DNA of 64,000 nucleotides, taken from NCBI GenBank assembly GCA_024704765.1, contig JAKMXF010000007.1:61581-125580 (forward strand), given 5' to 3'. The translations under genes were made by a program, and so were the position numbers. Shown piece after piece: positions 37,627 to 51,850 of the stretch. This DNA comes from Oopsacas minuta. Its lineage: Eukaryota; Animalia; Porifera. How positions within the stretch are numbered: the first letter of the stretch is position 1; the number at the start of each line of letters is the position of its first letter. The notes under the pieces are model-generated. The model did no database searches, was not told where the DNA came from, and saw only the letters and a program-made list of their open reading frames with translations.

Positions 37627-40422
37627 CAGGGCCGTAGCTAGGGGGGGGGCTAGGGGGGCTGAGCCCCCCTTGGAAAAATTTGAGCCCCCCTACCAAATTT
37701 AACCACCCCGTAAATTTTGCTAAGCTATATTGATCTTTACTATCTTAGATCTTGAATATTAGTTAAATCAAGGAAATGTTTGTGAATATGTCAAATTGAC
37801 TATACATTCTAGTTATCTAATTCCTATTGCTAGTTAGTATACTTAATTCATTGGATGCTCTTACAGCGACCATTGAAATTATATTTTTGTTTTTATATGA
37901 CCACAACATATATTCCTTCCAGTTTATTACATTTGATGTGCGAATTGTGAAATCATTCCTCATGACTATAATCACCTTACATAGAAACTCGTAGTCTCTT
38001 GATTTTTTATAATGATCAAGAATCCTCTTTTGATATTTTCTTATAATGCAAATAATTTTGTTTCTGTTCTTTCTTCTTTTAATTTTAGTTCTGTCAAATT
38101 GTTAATATTTTGATTTTCTATTCAATTCAGTTAGCGATTATATTACAATGGATAATTTTATTTCCTTTGATAGCTCTCTTTCTGATCCCTTGAATAGTAT
38201 TGAAATATGTAATCCGATCAACAAAGAAATACCAGATATATCTACTCTAGGAGGAAACATTATACAAATTAAAGGATTGATTTATCCGAAGGATTCTATT
38301 GGCCGTAGTTTTCAACAAGATTGGTTTATTAGATTTCCCTGGTTGGAATATTCACCATCCCTTGATGCTGTATTTTGCTATCCCTGCCGTCAATTTCTCT
38401 CACACGGGACTAAAGAAAATGTCTTCACAAACATTGGATTTAAAAATTGGAAATCGGCAATAGAAAAAAGCAAAGGACTTTGTAAACATGCTGATTCTCG
38501 TGTTCATCTTACTGCAATGGCGAATTGGCCTGAAAAAGAGCTTCGCGAATCATCCCAACTATAAATATCCACATTAGTTTGTGCTAATGTTTTTGAAAAA
38601 AAATAGATATTACATACGGTGCATTGCTGAAATTATTCAATTTTTAGCTGTCAATGAATTAGCTCTGCGTGGAAATTATGATATTGATGAAAATACGGAG
38701 CATGGATTATTCAGGAACTTGTTTGAATATACACTTACAAAGGATCCGAAACTCACTGAAATTATACACAAATTCCTATAAATGCTCATTACCTTTCTCC
38801 AGATATTCAAAATGATGTGATAGATATTATGTCGGAAGTAGTTAGGGAAGAAATTATTTTTGAAATTTTAGATGCTGATGTCCCGTGGTTTACTTTACTA
38901 GAAGATGGCACTAGAGATCGTAACAATATAGAACATGTATCAATTGGAATTCGCTATGTTAGGAAAGGTAAAGTTTTTGAATCTTTAGTTAATGTAGCAA
39001 CAACTCTCTCTTCAGATGCCAAAACCATGGCTAATTTAACATTGGAGATCTTGAGAAATAATGGATTGGATTCTAAACGATTACTTTCACAGTGCTATGA
39101 TGGCGCTAGTGTAATGAGTGGTAGAAAAGGAGGTGTTCAAACCCTCATTCAAGAGGAATTACATCGAAAGGTTCCGTATGTTCATTGTTTCAACCATCGA
39201 CTTCATTTGGTAATTATGAAATTAATATCTGAAGTTCCAGAACTCAAGATATTTTTGACCAATGTAGAATGTTACACTTATTTCTGAATCATGTCAAAGT
39301 TATATCAATTTATACAGGAACTCGTATTGGTAGTCTTTTAGAACAAAGATGGTCAGGACATTTGAAATCACTGAGGCTATTTATTCTAACTATCAAGCTA
39401 TTATTGAATTGCTTAGAACAGTCCAATGCTCCACAGAATTTAGTGGAGAGCAAGTTGTACAGAGTACTGGTTTGTTGGCCACACTAATTAAGTTAGAGTT
39501 CCGTTTTTGTTTGATATTTATGAAAAAGCTCCTACTTACAATAGAACCAGCAGATAAGATCTTACAATCCCGTGATGCAGGCTTAAAAAACGCCATGGAA
39601 ATTATCAATTCTGTATTTAAAAACATTAATAAGCTTCAAAATCCAGATGCATTTAGTGGGATAGTTAGCGAGGCCAAAAGTATACTACTGCATGATGAAG
39701 ATGATATGTCTCGTCCAATTAGACGCAAAAAACCTAACTGTTTATATAACGATTATATTCTTACCGAATCTACAACAAAAGAACATGATACGTTAGAATC
39801 ATTATTCATAGACACAATTCATATAGCATGCCGTGAATTCGAGATGAGATTTTTCGAGAATAACATGTTATTACAAGCAGTTGATTCGATCGAAGAATTT
39901 GACATTGATAAGTTGTACCCTTTATCAGAGCTTGGGATTTCGCTTCCCTCAATTGAAGAATTGTCAGTAGTAAAGGAATTCATGAAAGATAAAACGAATA
40001 TACTCGAAGAATTGTACAAGTATCGACAGCCGTTTAATAACACATATAATTTGTTTGCTACTGTAGCAACGTTTGGTTGTAGCACTTCTATGTGTGAGTC
40101 TTCGTTCTCAGTTCTCACTAGAGTTAGTAGGCCACAGAGAAATATGTCGGAAATCAGATGTTCCAATTTAGTGTTTCTTGCGTTTGAATCTAGATATGCG
40201 AAAAAAATGGATGTTGAAAAGTTCCTCTTGAAATTTTCTAGGAAGAAGGATAGAAGACTCCGTTTATTTTAGATATTATATAAATTTATGAGATTAATAT
40301 AGAATTGTAGTTCATTAGTTCATTGGCCTCCCCAAAAATTAATATAAAAATCTTAAGTATCCAAGCCCCCCCCCTAAAGTTTACTTAGCCCCTCCTAACA
40401 CTACGCTCTGGCTACGGCCCTG
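37627..40422 (+). mobile_element. Full-length hAT-Tip100/ZMYM1-like transposon, 2796 bp, transposase 38148-40272 broken by several frameshifts
   Basis: TIR CAGGGCCGTAGC(T/C)AG; perfect 8-bp TSD CCTGGGGG. TTF finger (WLEYS..FCYPCR..GFKNWK), LALRG, LLEDGTRD, QCYDGASVMSG, HCFNHRLHL, CESSFSVL. Confidence 0.93.
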
Positions 40423-40876
40423 CCTGGGGGGGTCAGGAAGAGGGGCAAGGTGTTTTCACGCGTTTAGCAGGAGGCATGCAAGTGGCGGATCTATACAATT
40501 CTAGTTGAGTATAACCATCCAACAGGGCAGTGGCGTCATGTAGCCTTGAAATCTGGAGAGCACAAGTTGAACCTGGTGAGCAACAAGTTCTAGATGACGC
40601 TCTATGTACCCTGTAAACAATTAGTAAGGTCCAGGAGCGAAACCCATCTCAAGAAATAACGTTTGGTTGGCAATTGGCACAGAAAGTTGAGATTTTTTGG
40701 TCCCTTGGAGTAATGGTGTGGGAGCTCGGAGAATATTTGGGTGAGATTGCATAATATATGAAGGTAAGATGCGAGCGAAGCGAGCCGAAATTTGACAGTT
40801 TTCAATATGAGCCAAGGGGGCATGCCCCGGAGCACGAGACGCACTTTATACCGTAGGCATCTCATAAACGTGGGGT

Positions 40877-41010
40877 ATGATTGCCAACCTTCCCGGGAAT
40901 GGACATGATATCCAGGGAAAATATTGGAAATTCTCGAAATAAAAATTCCAATTGTTTGCAGATAAAATTAGAAATCCATGGAAATAGTTAGAAAGGGTTG
41001 GTAAGTATGT
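40877..41010. mobile_element. Small hAT-type MITE
   Basis: Left TATGATTGCCAACC versus right rc CATACTTACCAACC. Confidence 0.45.
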
Positions 41011-41799
41011 GGGGCCTTCACACACAGGGCTGGTGATAATATCGGGGTCATGGTAAGCTCATGGGCCCAAATAATCGAAATAGTGGGCGTGCGAGTCAGA
41101 TACTTTCTAGCCAATTTTAGTCACTGTAAATCTAATTCTAGTCCCATAGATGTAGCATCTGGTCCGCATTTTCTGCAATACCATGATCATTATACAGCAG
41201 AAATCGGATAAGACGTAACTCCTCGGGAACCAAAATTAGTACATACTAACCGAGTGTACTTCTTATCCAAATAGGTATTGTATTATCAATGAATGATAAC
41301 TAATTTTTATGGATTCAAGAAATAGTATGTCTTAACCCGAGGACGTTTGTTCGAGTTCTAATGTATGTTGCAATATGGAGACCTCACTTTTCGCCAGACT
41401 ACATTTTCATCCGTGCGATGTTACTGAATGAGGGAATTTACCCCAAAATTCGCAAACACATCCATCAGTTACTATAGATGACTATCATATTTCCCTGAAA
41501 AAGCACCGGAGCTTGAATATGCCTCGGGGATGGAAATGGCTCCATGACTTGTGAATAAGGATAAAGTTTATCACCATCCTCTAAAAGAATGCTTTTTGAT
41601 TAAATTTAAGATTCATTTGACTACGCAACAATTAGGAGACAGTAGGACATCGTTACCAGTTACAATGTACATGAACTGACCTTCGAAATTTGTATTTCTT
41701 TTCAGGAATATGTATTAATCGGTGCAATACCTATTGAGAAACCATTGTAAGGACCTTGTTTGTGTAAATATTTGTTCGTATTATCAGGAAATCGTGTTA

Positions 41800-43075
41800 A
41801 TCGTGTTTGTATTAACGAGGTGTGAAAAATTGAGCGAAGACTATATCCAAATCAACCGAAGAATAGGATCTTTCCTGATGACACAAAAAGCAAGATGAAA
41901 TTCCTTCCTGCTTGGTATAGAAGTTACTCTTGGCATGATTGGGTTTATAATGTTAACGCAGTTGTTTTGTCATCCCTGCAGACAGGTATTTCTCTCTGAT
42001 TGGGCTAAATATAGTAAAAGTGAAGACGGATATACTGTAACCGGATTTACAAACTGGAAAAAAGCGGTGGAAAAACATAAACGACACGAATCCTGTCACT
42101 CTCACAGTTTTAACTTGCAAAAGTTTCAGGATATGATAAGTGGAGCTAACATTGCAGCAAAATTAAATGAATGAAATTCAGAGAAAAATCCTAATGAATA
42201 ATGTCTTGAGCGAATTTTCACAACAATTTGATATTTGGCAAGGCAAGGATTGCCATTGCATTGCGAAATTTTCTTCAATTCGCAAATGATCTTATGGTCT
42301 TTCTTTGCAACTCACCAAAACGTTGTACAATCATTCACAATACTGTGATTCAGTTGGAGAACTCACAAACAACATTAAGTCCCTATGTGCAACCAGGTTC
42401 ACAATGAAATACCATGCATTGAACGGGATGTACAAACAATTAGACTTAATTATAGACGCATTATCAATTATAGAGATGGAATCTAATGACAATAATGCCA
42501 AATCAAGTATAAATGGGTTCCCAAGACGTTTAAGATATTTTGATAGCTATTTCGCACTTTTACATTCCTTGCAGATTTTTGAATTAGCAGACAGGCTTAG
42601 TAAGGAATTGCAAGGAAAGGAAAAAACAGTCAGAAAAGGAGTTGAGCTTGTATCATATGCTATTAAAGAACTTGAATTAATGCATTCTGAAAAATGATTC
42701 AAAACCTCAAGACAGAAGCGGATATTCTTCGTATACAAAATGGAGCCGATCTGGCTAGGTTGTCCGTCAAATGAATCGTTAATCACCTCTGCATCGAAAG
42801 GACATCATGTTGATGCAGATTCAGTGCAACCGTTACAGAGAAGATAATACATAGTATCAACGTTTGGAGGTACAACTTATTAGTCTAGAAATTCCAAACA
42901 CACATACTGGGATAACAAGTTTGAAGAAAAAAGTAATCATCCTAATAGTAATGATAGTAATCAAGTATTATTTAGTCTGCCCCGCATCAACTGCGAATGT
43001 CGAACGTTCATTTAGCCACCATCGGGGTCTCAAACCCTATCTGCGGAGTACGATGAGGCAAACAAGGCTGAATAA
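41800..43075 (+). pseudogene. Heavily decayed, internally deleted hAT-Tip100-like transposase
   Basis: FCHPCR..GFTNWKKAVEKHKRHE, IKSLCATRF, CPASTANVERSFS..LRSTMRQTRLN. Confidence 0.75.
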
Positions 43076-43762
43076 GAAGACTCTAGGCTGGGGATATGTA
43101 TATGCGACAGAGGCCTCATATAATCCCAAAAATGAAAGCTTGCCCAAACAACCTGTGGGAAACGCTGTATGTACCAATTTTCATGTGAATCGGGAAGCTA
43201 GATTTTGCGGAAGGACGAACGTACGGACACCGCACATCGTCCATGCCATTAGGGCATTCCCATAGGAATACCACTAAAAATGGACCATGATCCCTACATA
43301 ATGGAATAGTCTTCAAATAAATAAGTTTATACAGAATCTAATTACAGGCCCGAAAAGTCCCATGACGAATATTATAGCGAAATTCCGACATTTTTTGAGA
43401 ACATATTCGCCAATTATGTAATCAGATGACGTCATTCTGATATCAAATAACTTGTAATTGTAGAATGTGTGATATTTTTATGTTAAAATAATACAGTTAT
43501 TAGTGTCAAAATGTATAAGTTCAATAGAATAAATAGACTTGAAGTAATCTATGGTCAGTTATTAGTCACTTAATAACAATGGAATGAACAGTGGAAGTAG
43601 CGTAGTCTACAACATAAATCATATTCTGAACATACAAACAATGGGAGATGAAGCTTCCCAAGGTCCTGATTAAAAAGGCTACATCGTGACAATGTCATAA
43701 ACACAAAAAATAGGAGAAATATAACATCAGATTAAATAAGTTGTTCAAATAACTTAGTATCT

Positions 43763-45742
43763 TTAGGCGGTTTCTTCTTTCGGAATTTTTCTGTATCTCC
43801 ATGTAATCCAAGCAAGAATGAAAAATATATTGGTTAGGATAACCCCAATTGATAAGAAACCGATAAGAGAGTATTTTAAGGTATCTGTATTGTATTCTAA
43901 ACAGGCTCCACGCACTCCACAGTCTGTTTCTTGCCAAAGAATACAGTTCAGATCAAAAATACCCCCAAGGGCTAGCGGACCAGGTAATTGCCCGAGAAGT
44001 CGAGTTATCAGTGATTGAATACCTAATGCGACAGTACGATCTTTATCAGCTACACATCTCAGTGTTAGTTTGAGAAAAGGAATATTATTGTAGAATATTA
44101 ATACAATCGAAAAGAAGAGCAATATACCAGCGATAATAATCGTTATAGTACAGTTTTCAGTACATTTACCATCTGTTGTTACAGATTGCTCTTGTATACA
44201 AGAACAATTGGAATAGAATCCACTTGAATTCGCTTGCCCTGAACATCCAGCTAAACAGGGAGTGACATAAGTCACACCGTCTGAACATATTGGCTGATAT
44301 AAATGAGTCTCACAATTACAATTGGAGAAACAACTCGCGTTCAGATTTCTGATAGCAAAGTTGGATAGCTTTGTGGAATTAGGATAGTTATAGTTTACCC
44401 CAACAATAAGTGGATGAGAACAAGTAACCAGGAAAAGAGGGGGAATAATTATTTCTATCAGGGTAACTGCTATAAGCAACAGAGCCAAACGTTCAACAGA
44501 GAGCTTTTTGAAAATAAAAAGAGTCAACCCGCCTAGAAATATACCAATAGATGCAGCAGGTATACTGATGCCCCCGATTAAGTAAGAAGCAATGCTTGGA
44601 GTGACTGAATATTGAACTTCGATATACTTAGGCAAAAATGTAACTAACCCAATGCTAATAAATCCAGCGGTAGTTACTCCAAGTGTAGCGAATAGGAATG
44701 TGAGGTTTTTCAGTATCCTAAATAAGTAGTAGGGATAATCTTTAAGTATTTGAAATAGGGAGACGTTATGATCTTCCTGGAATGAAATACCTTGGTTCTC
44801 AATTGGCTGGCTTTCTTTCCTCAATTTATCGAATGTTAGTGAGCCTTGGAGACGTCTGGGATAAAGGAAAAATTGAGGAAAAACTAAAAAACTTAAAATT
44901 CCTACAAACACGAATCCAATCCACCAACCTCCTACCCATTGAGTGTCTCTACTAGTCAGTGTAGTAGGAGTGAATGGGTCAACGAATACAGATAAGAAAA
45001 ATCCACCAAGCCCGAAACCTATTGATGGACCAAGGACAGCTGCAATATAGAACACACTAATGTATATAGGAGAATATCTGGGATGTGTGCTATCATCAAT
45101 GAAACCTACACCAACTGTGTAAAGAGTGCTAGAACCAAAACCAATTATTATATTGCCAAATACGAAAAGAGGATAATAGTAGATGACAGGAGAACTACAT
45201 GTTGGTACATAATTTGAGATATAATTAGTGCAAATATCAGATAAGAGTGTTGAGTTGAAGTTCTGGTACGATCCACTAATAAATTGAGGTGAAGCGAAGA
45301 TAAAACAACCGATCCCCACCGTTAGAAGAGAAATACCCAGTACTCGGGGTTTATGACCCCTACCACCAATGTAACTACTGAAAGGGAGTATAAGAATAAC
45401 TCCTATCTCATAGGATATTGCTGCGAAAGCTGACAAAGAGCTGGGTAAGTTGTAGCGACGTTCTATACTCGACAATCCAACTGATATAAATCCAGTAGCA
45501 ACAGCACCTTGAAGGATAACGAAGCATATAAGTGAGAGCAGAAAAAATTTTGGGTTGTTAAAAAATTGAAGCCAACCAGGAGTACATTTCCAAACTCCAC
45601 ATTTTTGACCATAAAAACTACACGGTTCAATAGCTGTCAGGGCATCGTCACCAGTAGTAGGTGTTTCTTTGTTTATATTTTTTTCGGGCTGAGGCTGATC
45701 TTCTGTACTTTTATTAGTGACTATCATTTCTAAGCTTGACAT
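43763..45742 (-). CDS. SLCO: Solute carrier organic anion transporter (OATP/SLCO), 659 aa, intronless
   Basis: ~12 hydrophobic segments; SSIERRYNL, HKPRVLG, DTQWVGGWWIGF (OATP signature region), FLPKYIEVQY, Kazal-like CNC..YQPICSDGVTYVTPCLAGC, DKDRTVALGIQ, CILWQ..CG..GAC..Y. Confidence 0.95.
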   Translation of the reverse strand: MSSLEMIVTNKSTEDQPQPEKNINKETPTTGDDALTAIEPCSFYGQKCGVWKCTPGWLQFFNNPKFFLLSLICFVILQGAVATGFISVGLSSIERRYNLPSSLSAFAAISYEIGVILILPFSSYIGGRGHKPRVLGISLLTVGIGCFIFASPQFISGSYQNFNSTLLSDICTNYISNYVPTCSSPVIYYYPLFVFGNIIIGFGSSTLYTVGVGFIDDSTHPRYSPIYISVFYIAAVLGPSIGFGLGGFFLSVFVDPFTPTTLTSRDTQWVGGWWIGFVFVGILSFLVFPQFFLYPRRLQGSLTFDKLRKESQPIENQGISFQEDHNVSLFQILKDYPYYLFRILKNLTFLFATLGVTTAGFISIGLVTFLPKYIEVQYSVTPSIASYLIGGISIPAASIGIFLGGLTLFIFKKLSVERLALLLIAVTLIEIIIPPLFLVTCSHPLIVGVNYNYPNSTKLSNFAIRNLNASCFSNCNCETHLYQPICSDGVTYVTPCLAGCSGQANSSGFYSNCSCIQEQSVTTDGKCTENCTITIIIAGILLFFSIVLIFYNNIPFLKLTLRCVADKDRTVALGIQSLITRLLGQLPGPLALGGIFDLNCILWQETDCGVRGACLEYNTDTLKYSLIGFLSIGVILTNIFFILAWITWRYRKIPKEETA

Positions 45743-45790
45743 ATCCTCAGTATGCTAATATCAATTTTAGCTTATATTATGTAGGAGAAT

Positions 45791-48077
45791 GGGACTTCAT
45801 ATGGCACATAGTTCAAGACCAACCATGGCCTATTAAATATACGGCCGTGGATCTCACCGATTAGGCATAAAATAGAAAGCCTGTTTATTTTAGGTATCTT
45901 GAGACAGACTAAGGCTCGAATCCAGATAATTGGACTTTTTTGGGGCTCTTGAGTATGAGGAATTCATTGAGACTACTTAGAAATTTATTATAAGGAGTTC
46001 TAATAGGACTTAACTTAATAAAGTATATTTTTTAGTTGCTAAATAATACTAGAAGTACATATAGCCAATTGCACATATCCACAAAATATTTCCTAGAACT
46101 AAAAGAATCAAATTATCTGACTGTATACGTATTTCAAACCTTCGTGATTTCGTTTCATTTATGGTGGCACTGTGACACCGTGTAATTCGGGTGTGCATTA
46201 TAATCCGATTTAATTCACAAATTCATAGATTTGTCACGTGATTAATCATATTTTCACCACACCTTTTTGCATCTTATTCGAATCATGCTAGAGATCTGAT
46301 ATATTTGCAAATTTCTAACAATTGTTATGATTGCTATCTATTGAGTAAATGTCAAAATATTTCAAAAATTATTAACAAAACGAAAATGAACTATATTATT
46401 AGTCGATAGGGAGTTGACTATTACGCGACTACTGGTATGAAGTTAGAGTCATAGGACTCATAGTTATTTAGTATAGCCTCAACAAACAGAAACACATTTC
46501 CTTAGCAACACAGGAATGTGTTCACATTACAATCATAAAAACCAATATTTTAAATAAACTATTATTCTTTGTCATTATTTACAACTGTCAAGCATTAAAT
46601 CTGAAAAACCACGACCTCATCCATTACGGACTGGTTTATCAGTACAGCGAGCTTATGAGGACACGCAAGGAATCCACTCTATGCATTTACGGAGTAATCG
46701 TGATTTATTTAATTGTATTTCTATTTATTAAATTTAATGTTTATTCCATAATAGTGCGAAGACAATAAACTAAAGAGAATGGCGACTTTCTCAAGTATCA
46801 CTCTATGCATATAGCCTTGGAATGCTCCCTTAGACTTAGTGCTGTTAACTACTTCGTAGTTTTTCATGCCCTAATTGCAGGACCGTAGGAGCTGGTGCGG
46901 CAGGTGCGGCACCCCCGCACCTATAATTCAAAATTTCTATTATTATTAATGGTCACATGTGATGAATGCCGCACCAATACAATGTACCTCGCGTACCAAA
47001 AACTTATTGCTTCCTACTTCCCAATTGTGTAAACACTCCAGAGGCTGTCATTTTTGACGGAGTTACTCTTTGCACAAATACAGAAATTCCTAATGAAATT
47101 CTACCGAAAGAAGATGTCATGACAGCACCCATACCTATCGAAAATCGTGTGTGGATTTCAAGTAGCAGCTTGCGGAAAATAGTACAACTGTCTCAAAAAA
47201 TGGGCAATCTCCACAAGCATTTTCCATTTTAATGGTTGTCCTAGACCCTGGCTATTTCTAGAATATGTTGCTAACAGTTACACTCTGTAAACAGTGGTCA
47301 AAGAATGACCTATAGACCTGTTAATCGCCATGATTCATCATTTCTTAAATTCCTATCTACAACCCAACAAATTTCTGGATTATTGCAGTTTTCTATTTAG
47401 ATGACAAAGAATTAGCTATAGTAATCGGCTCCATGTTTCAAGAAAGGTTAATGAGGTATATCTGTTATATAAGAAAATGGTCAACTTCAAACCTCTTTTA
47501 ATGTCCTATGAATTTCAGGTAATGCCCTCAGAAAGGACAAGTCTCCACCCTTTCGTACTTACTACTGAAAATCATGTATAAAGTAGAAAATTTGTACTCA
47601 AGTAGGACTAGAAATCCTATACCCTTCTTGTTTGACCAGGACTATTTTAATTATTTTCCAGCTTTTGAAACAGCAGTATAGGTAAGCCTATGAAATATCA
47701 GATTTACCTGTATTTATAATCTAAAGTTGTATAATATGCGTATAACGTATAACACGTTATACGTGATCTGTATTAAGTTAAGTCCTATTAGAACTCTATT
47801 ACATTTAGTATAATATTATTGATAAAAAACTAAAATACGAGAATGCTGAATTCATCATTTCAAAGAGGCTGAACCATGTAAAGGATACCTGTGTTAAATT
47901 TCTAAGTAGTCTCAATAAATTCCTCATACTTAGGAGCCCCTAGAAAGTCCAATTATCTGGATTTGAGCCTTAGTCTGTCTTAAGATACAAAGGTCAACCG
48001 GCTTTCTATTTTTTTAGCCTAATCGGTAACATCCACAGGCCATGGTAGGTCTTGGCCTCTGGGCCATATGAAGTACC
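45791..48077. mobile_element. ~2.3-kb non-autonomous element with ~190-bp degenerate TIRs
   Basis: 45791-45985 is the reverse complement of ~47897-48077 (GG(G/T)ACTTCATATGGC...GAGACTACTTAGAAATTT); no transposase or TSD recognised. Confidence 0.75.
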
Positions 48078-51006
48078 TGTAGTATAGCTCATGGTCATTT
48101 ACTACATGATTACTATTGTATAAATATGATCAAAGCCAACAAAGTAGTTGTAACATATATTTCATTGGTTAAATAGAAGGAATTTTCGCGGTCCCTTGAG
48201 CCTCGATATAACGGGAGTAGACTAACAGGAGCATAACTAGAAACATGTTTATAGGTACATGAAATTACAGTTCATTAACAGAGCGTGCTCTCTCATTAGA
48301 TTACATACGATTAAAAGGTTTATCTATATTCTGCATCAAAGAAAAATACTGTTACTATAAAAGTGGTTACTGCTACACTTTTATCAATAATATTACATAA
48401 TTTGTTGAAACTTATTTGAATCATTTTGTATTTACCCAAAAGTACAACAAAGTGTTCGTAAACCTGGTACCATTTCTTTATAAGCGATATTTCATTTTTA
48501 TTGGAGCAAATCAATTACTTTCAAGCTATAGAGGGAAAATATTCACTTGTGTATAAAGGGGGAGATTACTGTAAATTATTGTATAATGATCCATTTCAGA
48601 ATTCTGATGATTGATGTTATGTGTTTAATAGAGAAGAAATAGTGTATAAGATTTGGTGATATTCGCATGAAAAAGATCTAGTGAAATACAGTCTCATAAT
48701 TCTTCATTCCAAATTCACAAGCTATATTAAGTGAGAAGGTAAAAATCAAAATGAGATTGTGTTCAAATCCGTGAGTCTCACTTTGGATCCTCGAGACTTG
48801 ACAACTATGAAATACATACTACGTATGTGTGATCAAATTCTCTTTTCTACATCAATAATTGCATAATGTCAAGTACTATACAAGGATTAAGTAGAAAACT
48901 GGGTCATAGCGGGTTGTAATAGACTGGGTCACTGGTTGACCGGATCAACCGGGCCCTGAATTCATGAAAATTTGTCGGGTTAGCAAATTGTCAGATTATT
49001 CAGGTGAATTTGTATTATCGGAAGCTATTTAGATTAGAAAAAATTATAGAGGCCTTCTGGAATCTGGAGTATACAGATATCAGTTTATGCAGGTTCCACT
49101 GAATGTATTTAATATCCAGTATTATACTACTAAATACTACAAATATCCAATTGATCACTTTGACTGATAACTAATAATTTGAATTATTGACTAAGAGTTA
49201 GTGATCAGTGGCGATACTTATGGAATATGGAACAGGCCCGTTAGTACAACATGTCTCACCCGAATAAGAACTAGGGTGTCGATTTAGCAAGGCCAAAAAT
49301 ACTTCAAAAATACGAAGAAGCTAGCAGCCAATTCAAATTATAAAACGTGTTCACTTCAATCGTTTATTTGACTGACTTTCCGTAAAGCTACAGAAAAAAA
49401 CTTGTTATTATTCGAAAGTATAGCATTGGTGGATTATGAAAATGTCATCAGAATTGTAAAAATATGTGTGATGACTTAGCATTGAGGTTTTGAAAATTTG
49501 CCCATTCGTGTCAACTATAATGTGTTATTTGACCGGCTTCTCATTATTATTTTGATACAAATTTTCTTCTACATGCTATTGAGGGCTGGTGGATTATGTG
49601 TTTAAAATTTCTTTTTAAAAATATTCATTTCTTTTTGAAATATTGTATTTTTAAAAATTCAACGATGAAGTTAGACTAGACTAGGGTCACTTCAGTCACT
49701 AATTTGACTCACTTATACCCATCAGATTTAAACAAATTAGTATCATTGGAAAGAGGAGAGTTGAGCGTTTTAAGCAATTTGTTTTGATTTTAAAAACATT
49801 TGCTTTTAGTTACTTTTTGGGTAAAATTTTAGTGTCACGACTCCCTTGAATTTTCCCACCTAAAAGTCAGAATTCAAATTCTGAAATTATATATTCATAC
49901 TTTAGTGATATGGACGTTTATGAAAATTAAGTTTCATTAAAAAATATTAACAACTCGCAGAGCTAGAGGAATTCAAATTTTAAGGCGGGAGTGATAGTGG
50001 TAGGGGATTAATCATCTTCTACATAAAGTAGGGCCAGTTCGAACTCATGTTTCTTACCCTAAATCCGACTGAATTTCAATTATTTTAATGCTAATCGATA
50101 GTTGAGATATAGACGTTTATAACAATATCGATATTTTTCGTGAAACACTACAAATTATCACCAGCAACGGCCTGCAAAAATCGATACATTTTCAGGTTTT
50201 TTGTGTATTACGAATTCTAACTTTGAGATCAATTCTTGAAGTTATTTCTCATCACAACCCTTTCAAAATTTATAGATACCTTCTTTCGTATCTTATAATT
50301 CAATTCCCTTAACAAAAACTGGGCTCGCTAGTACTTTTTTTCAACATTTGGTGGTAATATATTTTGAAGGGTTCATTTTCATTGTTAAATTCATTCTTGT
50401 ACATACAAGTAAATACGTACGTGCCTAGTAACATTTGCGTCAATCTTGTGGTATTTTTCTGCGGAACTAACATATCCAATTTTATCCCAACACCTAAATT
50501 TGCTTATTGTATGGTGATAAATATAGAAGGTGTAAGCAAGACTGTAGCTGAGTGTTCAATGTATCAGTTTCATCATTTTGATAATCTACATTTACACTTG
50601 AATTCAAGTTATGAGACGATGTTTCATATTGTGTGGGTATCACCTGCCTCTGATTTAACCGTGTATAACAATTTGAAGGAATCGATTTAATTAATTGTAT
50701 TGATAAAGATAATTCTGAAGAAAATTACTGTATTTCTTCAATACATCTGATGCTCAGTTGTGGTAGATGACACAAAATTCTATGGGTTATCTGATGCTAG
50801 AAATATATCTGGATTTTTGCAATTCACTGGTGCATGTTTCATTGATGAGTGTTTTCATTTCATTAATGTCATCATAGGTGCTTATAGCAATAGCTTTGTT
50901 AAGTATAGTCCACTGTTAGTTTTGTGGTTAGTTCTAACACAACCTGTTCATAATTCAGTTTATCACAAGTTTGGTAAAATATGTTTGTGTTAAGCGGAGA
51001 AATTTT

Positions 51007-51850
51007 CAGGCTTGCCGTGGATGAGAAAAATCCCATCCATATCCATATCCATGTCATTTTTGCGTGGATATCCAACAACCAGGATATCCATGGATATTTC
51101 AAAGGCCTAGAACATCTTGTCATATAACGGCCATTCAAGGCTAGTAGTGACTATTATGTACAGGCAACCGCTATGTAGATGTAGATTACTAATGAAAATC
51201 TATTCATATACTAAACGTTATATACTAAAGCTCTAGATATTATTTAAACTGTCATTCATAAACTCTTCGATATCACTATCGTCTTCAAATGACAGGGACA
51301 TGGGCTCATTGTTGATGACCATCGCAACTTCCTTAGGCTCGATTACAATTCCCAGCTTCTTGATTATTGTGATATACATTTTCTGGTATCTGATGTATAC
51401 TAATTTCTTCATGACCGCCGGTGACATTCTCTTTCTCGTTTTTGAAAGTAGGTTGCCGGCCTGGCTGAACAACCTCTCCACGGCTGCAGAAGATATTGGT
51501 GCCGAGAAAATTATCTTTGCACAGGTTCGCAGACGTGTTAAGACACTTTACCGCCAAAACTGAGTTGGATCCTTCATTGGTACCCGGGTGTCTCTGAATT
51601 CTTGGAGCTCTATACCAAGAGTAGTAGCCTTTGGCCTTTTGGCTAGCGACTGTTCACCTTCGTCGTCATCCTCAACGGTTAATAAGTACAAATCTTGACA
51701 AGGGTCCCCAGACTTTTGATGATGAACCTTTTTTACCCCAATGCTCAACTGGTCCAGATGAGTTTGCCGTGACATAATCCTGTAACTATTATTAAACGAA
51801 CTATACACTATGCAATTTTGTTGCATGCGACACATTCAGGTGAGATAACA
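51007..51850 (-). mobile_element. Second, truncated copy of the hAT family at 16371
   Basis: Near-identical to 16371-17007 including the TIR; extends further into transposase sequence; the other end is missing. Confidence 0.9.

Noticed and set aside
41330-41365. tRNA B-box-like GTTCGAGT
   Set aside because: No cloverleaf or A-box could be formed.
50300-50990. Coding-like composition on the minus strand
   Set aside because: Many stops and no recognisable motif; left unannotated.
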